33,081 nt of DNA from a virus (lineage: Duplodnaviria; Caudoviricetes): the IMG/VR virus record IMGVR_UViG_3300022666_000358, positions 1 to 33,081 of that record; one strand, 5' to 3'. Below the pieces are notes generated by a model. The model was not told where the DNA came from and did no database searches. It was given only the letters and a program-made list of their open reading frames with translations. Shown here piece by piece: positions 1 to 7,892 of the stretch. How positions within the stretch are numbered: the first letter of the stretch is position 1; every line of letters starts with the position of its first letter. Both the position numbers and the translations under genes were made by a program.

Positions 1-150
1 TTAATCCAAGATGTCCTCAACTTTCTCAATCCCGATCCTTGCCAGCGCCGCAAGGGTGGTGCTCTTCTCATCACCTGCGTGTTCGGTCATTTCCTTGATC
101 GCTGAAAAAATCCCATGAAGATCATGTGCCAACTGCAGAGTCTTTTCCAT
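1..150 (-). CDS. small hypothetical protein (49 aa, MEKTLQLAHDLHGIF...IEKVEDILD)
   Basis: Read by hand (below the ORF-track cut-off): ATG at 148-150 preceded by GAGGAGG RBS, open to TAA at 1-3; shares an upstream motif with neighbouring genes. Confidence 0.65.
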   Translation of the reverse strand: MEKTLQLAHDLHGIFSAIKEMTEHAGDEKSTTLAALARIGIEKVEDILD

Positions 151-217
151 TTAATATCCTCCTCTTTGAGATAAAACTGATGTTACCCTTGTGATGGGAA
201 TTCATTGCCAGCTATTG

Positions 218-243
218 AAGGAAATCAGCAATAAATGATGCAC
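218..243 (-). promoter_or_regulatory. shared upstream motif copy 1 (GTGCATCATTT-N6-GAYTTCCTT in transcription direction)
   Basis: + strand AAGGAAATC agcaat AAATGATGCAC, upstream of ORF 1-150; matches copies at 953-978 and 1108-1133. Confidence 0.6.
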
Positions 244-328
244 CCAGGTTTCAACATCAAGGTTATTCCTCTTGGCTTCCATTTGAAGCTACTCCGTGAT
301 CGATCCCAGATCTCATCCCCAACATTTC

Positions 329-910
329 TCATATGGCCAGAATGGCCCGGTCGATATCTTCCTCCCGGAAACTCAGGTAACAGGCCGTCGAGTTGATGTT
401 ACGGTGTCCAAGGGCTCGCTGGGTTTTGATCAGATCGTGGCCCAGGGCATCATAGACCTTGTTCGCGAAAGTCTTCCGCATTGAGTGGGTGCCCAGTTTC
501 CCGCCAAGATCGGTGTCAACAAAAGCCTGGTGCAGCACCCGCCACGCATGCACCCGGCTGACCGGTCGATTCCCCCCTTTCTTGGAGAGGAACACAAAAG
601 TTTCCGCTGAAAGCTTCCCTTCGCTCTCCAGGTCCAGGAACCACTCAGCCAGGGCGTCCTTTGCCTCGGGGTGAAGAAGGACGGTACGCCCCTCAACCCG
701 TTTCTTCATGTTCCGGCGGGCAACCGTAACCCGTTCCACCATCCGGCCGGCCTGCAGCAGGTCGCCGATTTTGAGACTCAGGAGCTCGGAAATCCGAAAG
801 CCCGACTTGATGCCAAGAAGGAAAAGCGCCCTATCTCTTTTGCTGGCGCCCGTAAGACACTCGACGATGTTCCTGACTTCCTCGTCCACCAATGGTCTGC
901 AGCCTCGCAT
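329..910 (-). CDS. small tyrosine recombinase/resolvase, catalytic domain only (FimB/ResD size class)
   Basis: GFRISELL (catalytic R), HSMRK (HxxR), LGHRN and TACYL (Tyr); 193 aa with no arm- or core-binding N-domain; GGGAGG RBS. Confidence 0.9.
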   Translation of the reverse strand: MRGCRPLVDEEVRNIVECLTGASKRDRALFLLGIKSGFRISELLSLKIGDLLQAGRMVERVTVARRNMKKRVEGRTVLLHPEAKDALAEWFLDLESEGKLSAETFVFLSKKGGNRPVSRVHAWRVLHQAFVDTDLGGKLGTHSMRKTFANKVYDALGHDLIKTQRALGHRNINSTACYLSFREEDIDRAILAI

Positions 911-952
911 GATGTCCTCCCGTTTTCGTCGTTTCTCTTTCTCTATTTAGAG

Positions 953-978
953 AAGGAAATCGTTGAAAAATGATGCAC
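953..978 (-). promoter_or_regulatory. shared upstream motif copy 2
   Basis: + strand AAGGAAATC gttgaa AAATGATGCAC, ~42 nt upstream of the recombinase ATG. Confidence 0.6.
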
Positions 979-1020
979 TAGACCGCGTGCACCCCGTGGG
1001 AAGAACAATTTTCACTATTA

Positions 1021-1047
1021 ATGTAACGTTTTACCAAAAGGTTACAT
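1021..1047. promoter_or_regulatory. inverted repeat, candidate tyrosine recombinase core site or operator
   Basis: ATGTAACGTT-ttaccaa-AAGGTTACAT: 10-bp arms (9/10 match), 7-bp asymmetric spacer, upstream of the recombinase gene. Confidence 0.45.
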
Positions 1048-1107
1048 CCGGTAACGCTTTGTAATAACAATTGTTTTTTGACTAATCGAAGAATAGGAAG
1101 CTACCAG

Positions 1108-1133
1108 GTGCATCATTTTTCATTGACTTCCTT
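1108..1133 (+). promoter_or_regulatory. shared upstream motif copy 3
   Basis: GTGCATCATTT ttcatt GACTTCCTT, ~38 nt upstream of ATG 1172; inverted relative to copy 2 (25/29 identity over 950-978 vs 1108-1136). Confidence 0.6.
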
Positions 1134-1171
1134 ATCCCCCTTGCTTTCAACCAATCAGATCGGAGGTCGCC

Positions 1172-1558
1172 ATGCGAACGATAAAACCCATCAAGCTTTA
1201 CCAGTTCCACGAACTGTCGCCCAAGGCCCAGGCCAAAGCTATCGAGGCCGAAAGGGAAGCCCAGTTACCGAACATCCGCGAGATGATCGAAGCGCTGTTC
1301 GAGCAGGAGCTGGCAAGAGTCGGCGCCAGCCTGGAGAATCTCACCATCGACTGGAACAGCGGCAAGGTCATGGCCGATGTTACCGCCACGTCCAATCCCG
1401 AGATCGTCGAGCAGGTCCTGGCCGAGATCACGCTGATTGCCCAGGGGGAACTGCCGCGGTTGCTTTCGGACACCTACATGCAGGCGAACATCGAAGCCGA
1501 CGAGCTGGAGTTTCTGGCGACTGGTGCCGTCTGGGTCTACCGGGAGGAGGGATTATGA
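1172..1558 (+). CDS. hypothetical protein (128 aa, acidic)
   Basis: GGAGG RBS before ATG, protein-like composition, ATGA overlap with next ORF. Confidence 0.75.
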   Translation: MRTIKPIKLYQFHELSPKAQAKAIEAEREAQLPNIREMIEALFEQELARVGASLENLTIDWNSGKVMADVTATSNPEIVEQVLAEITLIAQGELPRLLSDTYMQANIEADELEFLATGAVWVYREEGL

Positions 1559-1740
1559 CCGAGATTGGCAACAGCAAGATCCAAGTGGGCAAGGCAGACG
1601 GTCACGCCATCGTCACAATACCGGAAAAGAGGGCACTGAACGTGATCGAAGCCGAAGCCGTCATGTGCGACCTGATCGATGCCATCATGCTTGCGCGGGA
1701 AATCGATAAAGATCCGCTACCGGAATATCAGACCGTCTGA
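1555..1740 (+). CDS. small hypothetical protein (61 aa, MTEIGNSKIQVGK...)
   Basis: C-terminal part of track ORF 1078..1740; ATG 1555 overlaps upstream TGA and has a GGAGG RBS. Confidence 0.65.
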   Translation: MTEIGNSKIQVGKADGHAIVTIPEKRALNVIEAEAVMCDLIDAIMLAREIDKDPLPEYQTV

Positions 1741-1866
1741 CCGTCCGAACAACCGTCTGACTGACCGTCTGACCGTCTGACTGACTGACCGGCTGAGGGT
1801 CCGTGTGTCTGTCCGACTGTCCGGATGTCTGTCCGGTTGAGTGTCTGGCTAAGTGTCCGAATGGCC
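1731..1866. repeat. phased tetramer array, ~34 units of consensus G(A/T)C(C/T)
   Basis: gacc gtct gacc gtcc gaac aacc gtct gact gacc gtct ... gtcc gact gtcc ggat gtct gtcc ... all in one 4-bp register. Confidence 0.8.
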
Positions 1867-1884
1867 GCCATGCAATCAGTTAAA

Positions 1885-1954
1885 AAGCCGACTCCTGAGT
1901 CAACTTAGGAGTCGGCTTAGCCGGATAATGAACCGGTTAATTAGCCGGCTTATG
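1885..1954. repeat. 34-bp near-perfect palindrome followed by 12-bp-period AGCCGG/AACCGG repeats
   Basis: AAGCCGACTCCTGAGT-CA-ACTTAGGAGTCGGCTT (15/16 arms, 1885-1918), then tagccggataat gaaccggttaat tagccggcttat. Confidence 0.75.
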
Positions 1955-1983
1955 TCATCTTCACAGCAGGGCCCCTCCAATTA

Positions 1984-2164
1984 CGGATCTCGTGACGGGT
2001 CACAGGACGGATCACAGGACGGGTCACAGGACGGGTCACAACTCAGCCTCTGTGACGGGTCACGGGACCCCGGGACGGATGCCAGGACGGCCCCATAACG
2101 TGATCCATCACAAGATCCATCCTGTGACGGATCACGGGACGGATCTTGTGATGGGTCCCGTGAC
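1984..2164. repeat. 12-bp tandem repeat array, consensus G(T/G)GACGG(G/A)TCAC
   Basis: cggatctcgtga cgggtcacagga cggatcacagga cgggtcacagga cgggtcaca..., resuming at ~2052 and ~2124; the unit is quasi-palindromic (GTGAC-nn-GTCAC). Confidence 0.85.
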
Positions 2165-2200
2165 AAATCAACATTACAGCGCCAAAGCCTTGAAAGCTAT

Positions 2201-2962
2201 TCAGGGAACTGTCTGCGAGGGAAGAGTGATATTTACAAATCGGGCCATTTCCGCAACCAGCAGTACATCAACGTCCGTCAACAAGGCTCTTCTACCCACT
2301 GCTGGGCCGGACATGGCAGTATCAGGCAATTCAGGCCTTCCGGCCGCGCCCTGGAAATTGGATGACATCGGAAATATGCTTCCGGAAAAAGGCCTCGGAG
2401 CGGATATGACAACTGTGTTACTGGCCCTGGCTTGGAAGCTGGAATTGGATTGACTGAGACCAAAGGCGTATCCCAGCATGTGGAGGGCCGTGGAATAAAG
2501 ATCTACGCAAGTGACCACATCGCCAATGGCGCCGGAATAGGTCCTTTTGGCGAGAAGTGAGCCTCCACCGAAATTGAATAGGTTTTCGGAATTATCTCTC
2601 CATTCCTCATTCGATCCCGGGGTGGGATCAAGATACCAACGGAATATGCCGGGGTTGCTCCAGTTGTTTTGGAACAGTATCGTTCCCGCAGTTTCCCGGG
2701 AAGGTGTCCCTCCTTGAGCATTCAGGCGATGCTCTGCAGCTGCGCCAATGGTTGCCCACCCATATGAAACGTCTACCACGTATTCATCCTGAATGTAACC
2801 TTCCCACGCACGGGCTGCCGCCTCAAATACTGTCTGGAGGTCGCCCGCCCCATACGTATTCGTCGGTGCTGTCCCGCCTAGAAAATGCGTCCGGATCGTA
2901 ATCGCATTTGAGTTCGAAGATATGGTGATGCACATCAGTATGGCTATTATCAGATTTCTCAT
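2201..2962 (-). CDS. secreted zincin/matrixin-like protein with degenerate zinc motif
   Basis: Signal peptide MRNLIIAILMCITISSNSNA; FEAAARAWE helix, WYLDPTP, and DLYSTALHMLGYAFGL where HExxH (HEIGHALGL) is expected; GGAGG RBS. Confidence 0.65.
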   Translation of the reverse strand: MRNLIIAILMCITISSNSNAITIRTHFLGGTAPTNTYGAGDLQTVFEAAARAWEGYIQDEYVVDVSYGWATIGAAAEHRLNAQGGTPSRETAGTILFQNNWSNPGIFRWYLDPTPGSNEEWRDNSENLFNFGGGSLLAKRTYSGAIGDVVTCVDLYSTALHMLGYAFGLSQSNSSFQARASNTVVISAPRPFSGSIFPMSSNFQGAAGRPELPDTAMSGPAVGRRALLTDVDVLLVAEMARFVNITLPSQTVP

Positions 2963-2983
2963 CTCCGCTCTCCTCCCAATTTT

Positions 2984-3502
2984 CTACATACTTTGGTTCG
3001 GCGGCCCTACGGTGCCACCCTGCGGGTCGTCGTGGTCGTGACCAGTGTAAATCGCCCGGTCGGCCTGCATGGAGCGGACTCCGTCGATGACGTCGCCCGG
3101 AGTCTGGATGTCGCCGCCGCTGGCGCCGTAGGTGCCGGCAACCGAGATCCCGCCGTCAACCCCGAGGTTGCCCGTGATATGCGTGTAAGGCGTATTGAGC
3201 GTCACGCTCTCGGAGGCGTTGACCGTGGCGTTGGGCGTCGTCAGGGTGGTGTCCCCATCGACGTTGACCGTGGCGGTGCCGTAGATATGAACCATGACGT
3301 TGCCATGGACTGTGACCGTGCCGTCCCCTGCCACCTCGAGGATCTCGTCGGCTGCCACATGGACCCGGCGGGTCCCGTCCTTCTCCAGGCGGATATCCGT
3401 CCCCTGCCAATGGGTATGATGTAGCGGGCCGTCGGGGCTGGCTGGCTGCAACGAGTTGCTGGGCGGGGGCAGAAAACCGACTACCACCGGCTGCTCGGCC
3501 AT
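2984..3502 (-). CDS. N-terminally truncated baseplate spike protein (P2 gpV/Mu gp45-like beta-helix plus tip)
   Basis: PVVVGFL (end of OB-fold), beta-helix repeats (VAGDGTVTVHGNV..VNVDGDTTLTTP), C-terminal GHDH-x-PQGGTVGPP metal-binding apex; start codon uncertain. Confidence 0.7.
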   Translation of the reverse strand: MAEQPVVVGFLPPPSNSLQPASPDGPLHHTHWQGTDIRLEKDGTRRVHVAADEILEVAGDGTVTVHGNVMVHIYGTATVNVDGDTTLTTPNATVNASESVTLNTPYTHITGNLGVDGGISVAGTYGASGGDIQTPGDVIDGVRSMQADRAIYTGHDHDDPQGGTVGPPNQSM

Positions 3503-3611
3503 AGGCCTTGTTGGTGGTAATGGCAAGAACATCCGGTGTCAGGTCGCGAATTACGGAGTTGTTGGTGAGTTCCCGCAACAGCACCCTATGGCGAGGTATA
3601 TAAGTTCTCAT
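3483..3611 (-). pseudogene. 5' remnant (~43 codons) of the gene following the tape measure (probable baseplate hub/tail gene)
   Basis: ATG 3611 just after the TMP stop; MRTYIPRHRVLL...TTNKAYGRAAGG is protein-like, then the frame turns low-quality where the +1 frame becomes gpV-like. Confidence 0.5.
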
Positions 3612-3614
3612 CGG

Positions 3615-5891
3615 TTACCTGCCAACCGGCATCGGCCGCAATGATCCGGATGCCACGGACCCAACGTTGAGATGTTCAGTGTTCTTGGAAATTTTCTCCA
3701 GGAAGACAACCATCTTGTTCCAGGCCTCCTTGAGGGAAGGATCGAGCACAGCCACGGGGTAATTACTGCCGGCATCCCATCCGCCCAGGCCACCGGTTGT
3801 CGATACGGTGCCTGCATATTTTTTAACACTTTTCAAATAATTCAGCGTTTCCGCTGGCCTTAGACCTTTGTCATATTTGGTTTCACCTTCGTTATAAGCC
3901 ATTGTTGCCGCTTCGACTGATCCATACCTTTTCAAGAGATAGGAAAAATAATTTGCACCAGCATTCAGGTTGTCTGCCGGGTCCAGAATACTCCCACCCT
4001 TGCGGCCATACGCTGTAAAGGTCTTAGGCATCAGTTGTGCTAAACCAATGGCACCTGCGGGACTTTTTGCATTGGGGTTACCATGGGCACCTTCTGTCAT
4101 GATCATTCCCAGGAACCAGGCAGGGCTGATGCCGTGCTTCCGTGCCGCCGCTTGGATGAGAGGGTCATATTTATGGGCGTTGATCAACCCAGTGGCACCT
4201 ACCACACTCTTCGTCAGATACCCCGCTTTTGCACCAACAAGGCTTTCAGTTGAGCCACCAAGGTTTAACTTGGCAACTTCCGTCTCCATTTCGCGTTGGC
4301 CAATCCTGAAACCGGTACTTCCGCGATAAGTCCCCGTTGCAGAGGCAATGAGCCTCTCAATATCTTCAGTTGGCATCTTGCCCGCCAAATATCCCCTAAT
4401 GATTCCAGCTTGCTGCCTGGGATCGCTAACCCCCGTTAACTTGCCGCCAGGGCCAAACAATTCACCAATGGCGTAATCGGTTTCGTACTCGCGGGGCTGG
4501 CCGGCAGTACCGCGGAACATTCCCCAAAAAAGAGCTTGTGCTGAGGGGCTTTTTCCGTAATTGACCGACATGGCCCTGGCCCGTTTCAAGTTCTCCGGAT
4601 CATTCAGGCCCATCGATCGCCGTCTCATAATGTCGCCATATCGCGATGAGGTCATGGCGCCACCATCGAAACCTCCCGCCGCAGCCCATTGCATAATTTC
4701 AGAGGTAGGGTTTCCATTGGGCATCATGGCATTCTGCATGGCATTGAATAAATTACTGCTCATGCCCATAGTCCCAGGAAGGTTGTACATCGACGTTGTC
4801 TGCGACATGATTTTGGACACTTGGCTATCGGATAAAGCCTTGCCACCCTGTGCCTGCTGGGCAGTGATCAGGTTCGTATTGATCAACTGCAGGAGTGCTT
4901 CGGAGCGGCCATCCTTGGCCTGTTTTCCCATATAAAGCAAAGCATCGAGAGCCTGGCGTTGTTTTGCCGGTTCAGCACCCGTAGCCTGATAATAGCCTCC
5001 TGCGATCCCGAGCGATGTGAGCATGTCAATATTGCCGAGTCTGGAAAATCTTTGAAGTCTGGACAGTGATTCCATGTCTCCAGCTCCTGTTACTCGACGC
5101 ATACTCATAATAGAATCCGCTTCTTCTTGTGGGGTATAGTTCCAAGGAGAGACTCTGCGATTATATGAGACGCCTCGCATTAAAAGTCCAGCTTCCAGTA
5201 TTTCTTGCTTCTGATCCTTATCCCAGCCAGATCTGATCATGTTCATCATGGAACCCACACCCAGTAGAGCGAGCCCATAGCCGAATGCTTTTTTGCCCAG
5301 ACCCAGAAGTGCCGTAGACCCACCCCCGTCATCTCTCTCAGGTGGGGTCTCGAAGCCACTGATCTCATCTGCATATTCCCGCGCTCGCCTGCTCATATAT
5401 CCGGTCCGGGCATCATACTTGCGACGAGCGGCCATTTCCTTCTGCAAATCCCCTTTGCGTCCGGAAAGAACTTCCATCTCGTCCAACATCATGCCGCGGG
5501 CAAGCGGCGACAGATTGGGAGACAAAGAATCGCGCTGCAGCTGGCGCAGGTCAGATGTAACCTGCTTCAACTCGTTGCGGAGCTTTTGGGTCTGGGTCGT
5601 CCAGCCGCCCAGCGAGGAAGCAATGTCCTTGCTGAGTTTGGAAACCAACTCAAACTGCTTGGGATTGAGGAAGCCGCCTCGGTTCTCACCCATCCGGGCG
5701 AGCTGCCCCAGGCGGGTAAGCTCCATGGAGGCACGGCGCAGCAGTTCCGTATCTTTGGAGAGTTCATCGCCGCCCAGGCTGATGTCGAAATCTTCGGTTT
5801 CCTTGAGTGTTTTGTTCAGGAATTCGAGATCCCGTCTGGCTTCCTTGACCGCCCGTGCATCGACCTTCAGATTGATTCCAAGTCCGTCCAT
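3615..5891 (-). CDS. tape-measure-like protein with C-terminal soluble lytic transglycosylase (SLT) domain
   Basis: N-terminal coiled coil, Gly/Ala/Met-rich body; SLT motifs YDPLIQAAARKHG..IMTEG..NPNAKSPAGAIGLAQLMP..DPADNLNAGANY..AYNEG (~3815-4176); AAGGAG RBS supports ATG 5891. Confidence 0.85.
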   Translation of the reverse strand: MDGLGINLKVDARAVKEARRDLEFLNKTLKETEDFDISLGGDELSKDTELLRRASMELTRLGQLARMGENRGGFLNPKQFELVSKLSKDIASSLGGWTTQTQKLRNELKQVTSDLRQLQRDSLSPNLSPLARGMMLDEMEVLSGRKGDLQKEMAARRKYDARTGYMSRRAREYADEISGFETPPERDDGGGSTALLGLGKKAFGYGLALLGVGSMMNMIRSGWDKDQKQEILEAGLLMRGVSYNRRVSPWNYTPQEEADSIMSMRRVTGAGDMESLSRLQRFSRLGNIDMLTSLGIAGGYYQATGAEPAKQRQALDALLYMGKQAKDGRSEALLQLINTNLITAQQAQGGKALSDSQVSKIMSQTTSMYNLPGTMGMSSNLFNAMQNAMMPNGNPTSEIMQWAAAGGFDGGAMTSSRYGDIMRRRSMGLNDPENLKRARAMSVNYGKSPSAQALFWGMFRGTAGQPREYETDYAIGELFGPGGKLTGVSDPRQQAGIIRGYLAGKMPTEDIERLIASATGTYRGSTGFRIGQREMETEVAKLNLGGSTESLVGAKAGYLTKSVVGATGLINAHKYDPLIQAAARKHGISPAWFLGMIMTEGAHGNPNAKSPAGAIGLAQLMPKTFTAYGRKGGSILDPADNLNAGANYFSYLLKRYGSVEAATMAYNEGETKYDKGLRPAETLNYLKSVKKYAGTVSTTGGLGGWDAGSNYPVAVLDPSLKEAWNKMVVFLEKISKNTEHLNVGSVASGSLRPMPVGR

Positions 5892-6218
5892 ATGCACTCG
5901 CTCCTTATTCAAAACAAAGTAAAAGCAACAATATCGTGTAACTTGCTGTTAAAATAGAGTTATTTGATTCGATGGTATAAAAACTTGGTATAAATTTCTG
6001 TGATAAAAGCATTTCCTTTCACACTGTTAGTTATAAGTTATACCATTGCAACATATCAATTTTGCTGAACATTTACCGCATTTAGGTATAGGGAAAGTTA
6101 AAAAACTAACGTTCTGCTTATACCTTTTTGAGAACAAAATCGCCAAATTGTTATATGATTTCATATAGTTATAGCGAAAATAACGTTTTAACTATCGTGG
6201 CAAGATGGGTTATGATCG

Positions 6219-6527
6219 TTAATCCCCGAAAATGTTTTTCAGGAACGCAAGAGTTCCTTGCGCGCCTTCCCGAACCTCTTTGCCTGCTCGAACCAGCCTT
6301 TTTCTGACAGCTGGTTGTGACACTTTCATCTCCCGGGCAAGAGCACTCTGATTACGACCGAGCTCCTCATATCGTCGCAAAAAAGCATGATCAGAAATAT
6401 AATCATACTTACGCCTCCGGTCTTCCTCTCTGGGTTTCCGGCGAGTTCGTTTTCCTCTGAGTTCTTTCAAGGATTGAGAAATTTCACGAATTCGGGAATC
6501 GATATAATCATTACGTTTTTTGTCCAT
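6219..6527 (-). CDS. basic helix-turn-helix DNA-binding protein
   Basis: NQSALAREMKVSQPAVRKRL HTH pattern; GAGG RBS. Confidence 0.7.
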   Translation of the reverse strand: MDKKRNDYIDSRIREISQSLKELRGKRTRRKPREEDRRRKYDYISDHAFLRRYEELGRNQSALAREMKVSQPAVRKRLVRAGKEVREGAQGTLAFLKNIFGD

Positions 6528-6560
6528 TATAAAGTCCTCGTTATGGCAATCTTTCCAGCT

Positions 6561-7892
6561 TTAGAAGGGGATACCCCTGATGCCTCCCTGCTTGGGCGAT
6601 TTGGGCGCATATTGTGTCATCCCCCGGAAAGTAAGGGACTGCCGATCCATCTCCACCAAAAAGTTCTGCCCGGCGGGGCCGTTCCGGTTCTTCAGGATCT
6701 TGCAAACGAGTTGATCGTCCTTATCGCGCCAGAGCCCCAGCATGAAATCGGCTCCCGCCTCGATGTCGCCGCCGCCTTTGGCATCGAACATTTCAATTTC
6801 CCGTCCCGAGGTCGCGCCTGTCCGGTTAATCTGGCAAAGTAGGATGATCGGGACGCCCAACTCCTTCGCGAGGTTTTTGGTTTCAATTGAAAGATGCGCG
6901 GTCTTTTCGAACAGCGTCTTTCCTGGGGCGTGCATCAAACCAAGGTAATCGATGCCAACCACACCAATTCTTCCGTATTTTTGGCGGGTACGCTCAATGT
7001 ACCTTCCTATCTTCTCCAGGGTCAGGCGCGGCCGGTCGCAGACTAGGAGCCCGAGCGATGCGACACGATTCATTCCCTCCTTAACCCCTACGTTGTCACG
7101 ACGCCCTGAGAAGTGGTCTTCCACGTCGCGGCCCGAGACTCCGCCATTGATTTGAACTTCCCGTTCAAAGAGCTTCTCAACGGGCATTTCCAGCGAGCAA
7201 AACAGGCTGAAGTAACCGCTTCGTTCCGCGCCACCCAGAAGCAGGTTTTGAAGCAGCGCGGTTTTGAAGGTTCCGGAATAAGCAATGATCGTCAGCACCT
7301 CCCCGGGAGCAACTCCGCGTATGCTTGCGTCGAGAATCGGAAAACCGGTCACAAACCTGCTTTTGCTGAGCTCTGATATGTGCCGCTCGTAACGCTTCTG
7401 GCGCTGGTCGAAGGTGAGGATGTCACTTACCGAGACTCCATCAAGGCCGTCGAGCCCCCCGGCGATTTCCTGAAGTTTTGCCTTCGCCTCTGCAAGGAGA
7501 GCGGCTGGTGTCTCATCACCGGCCTTGCCAATAAGATCCGCGGCAAAGGCCGCAACCTGGCGCGCGACAGATTTCTCCTTCACGATCCTGCAATAGTGGT
7601 GCACGTTCGCGGCTGTCGGCACATAGTCAATGAGAGTGGAAAGATATGCAGCCCCTCCGACTTCCTCCAGGGAGTCATCATCCTTGAGCCGCTGAACCAT
7701 GGTCACCAAGTCGATGGGTTGTCGCTGCCGGTGAAGGTTGAGCATGGCGTGGTAGATTTTCCGGTGTGCTTCTCGGTAAAAGTCCAGTCCATCGATCATG
7801 CCGGCAACTTTCGACAGACAGGCATCTTCGAGGAACACGCTGCCGAGAATCGACATCTCGGCTTCTATGCTGTGGGGGCTTTTTCTTTCCAC
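6561..7892 (-). CDS. dnaB: replicative DNA helicase, DnaB-like
   Basis: PHSIEAEMSILG and FYREAHRKIY N-domain; Walker A AYSGTFKT; SLEMP; IDYLGL; LCQINR; KNRNGP. Confidence 0.92.
   Translation of the reverse strand: MERKSPHSIEAEMSILGSVFLEDACLSKVAGMIDGLDFYREAHRKIYHAMLNLHRQRQPIDLVTMVQRLKDDDSLEEVGGAAYLSTLIDYVPTAANVHHYCRIVKEKSVARQVAAFAADLIGKAGDETPAALLAEAKAKLQEIAGGLDGLDGVSVSDILTFDQRQKRYERHISELSKSRFVTGFPILDASIRGVAPGEVLTIIAYSGTFKTALLQNLLLGGAERSGYFSLFCSLEMPVEKLFEREVQINGGVSGRDVEDHFSGRRDNVGVKEGMNRVASLGLLVCDRPRLTLEKIGRYIERTRQKYGRIGVVGIDYLGLMHAPGKTLFEKTAHLSIETKNLAKELGVPIILLCQINRTGATSGREIEMFDAKGGGDIEAGADFMLGLWRDKDDQLVCKILKNRNGPAGQNFLVEMDRQSLTFRGMTQYAPKSPKQGGIRGIPF

Noticed and set aside
1078-1554. N-terminal 159 aa of ORF 1078..1740
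   Set aside because: Overlaps the better-supported 1172..1558 gene in another frame; real start is probably 1555.
1984-2164. CRISPR array
   Set aside because: Units are 12 bp and contiguous with no unique spacers; no cas genes.
1853-2453. ORFs 1853..2098, 1981..2166 and 1992..2453 as genes
   Set aside because: Open frames produced by 12-bp repeats in several frames, no RBS, and one overlaps the secreted-protein gene antisense.
2984-5891. T6SS, tailocin or eCIS locus
   Set aside because: No sheath, tube, wedge or ATPase genes; context is an integrase-AlpA element.
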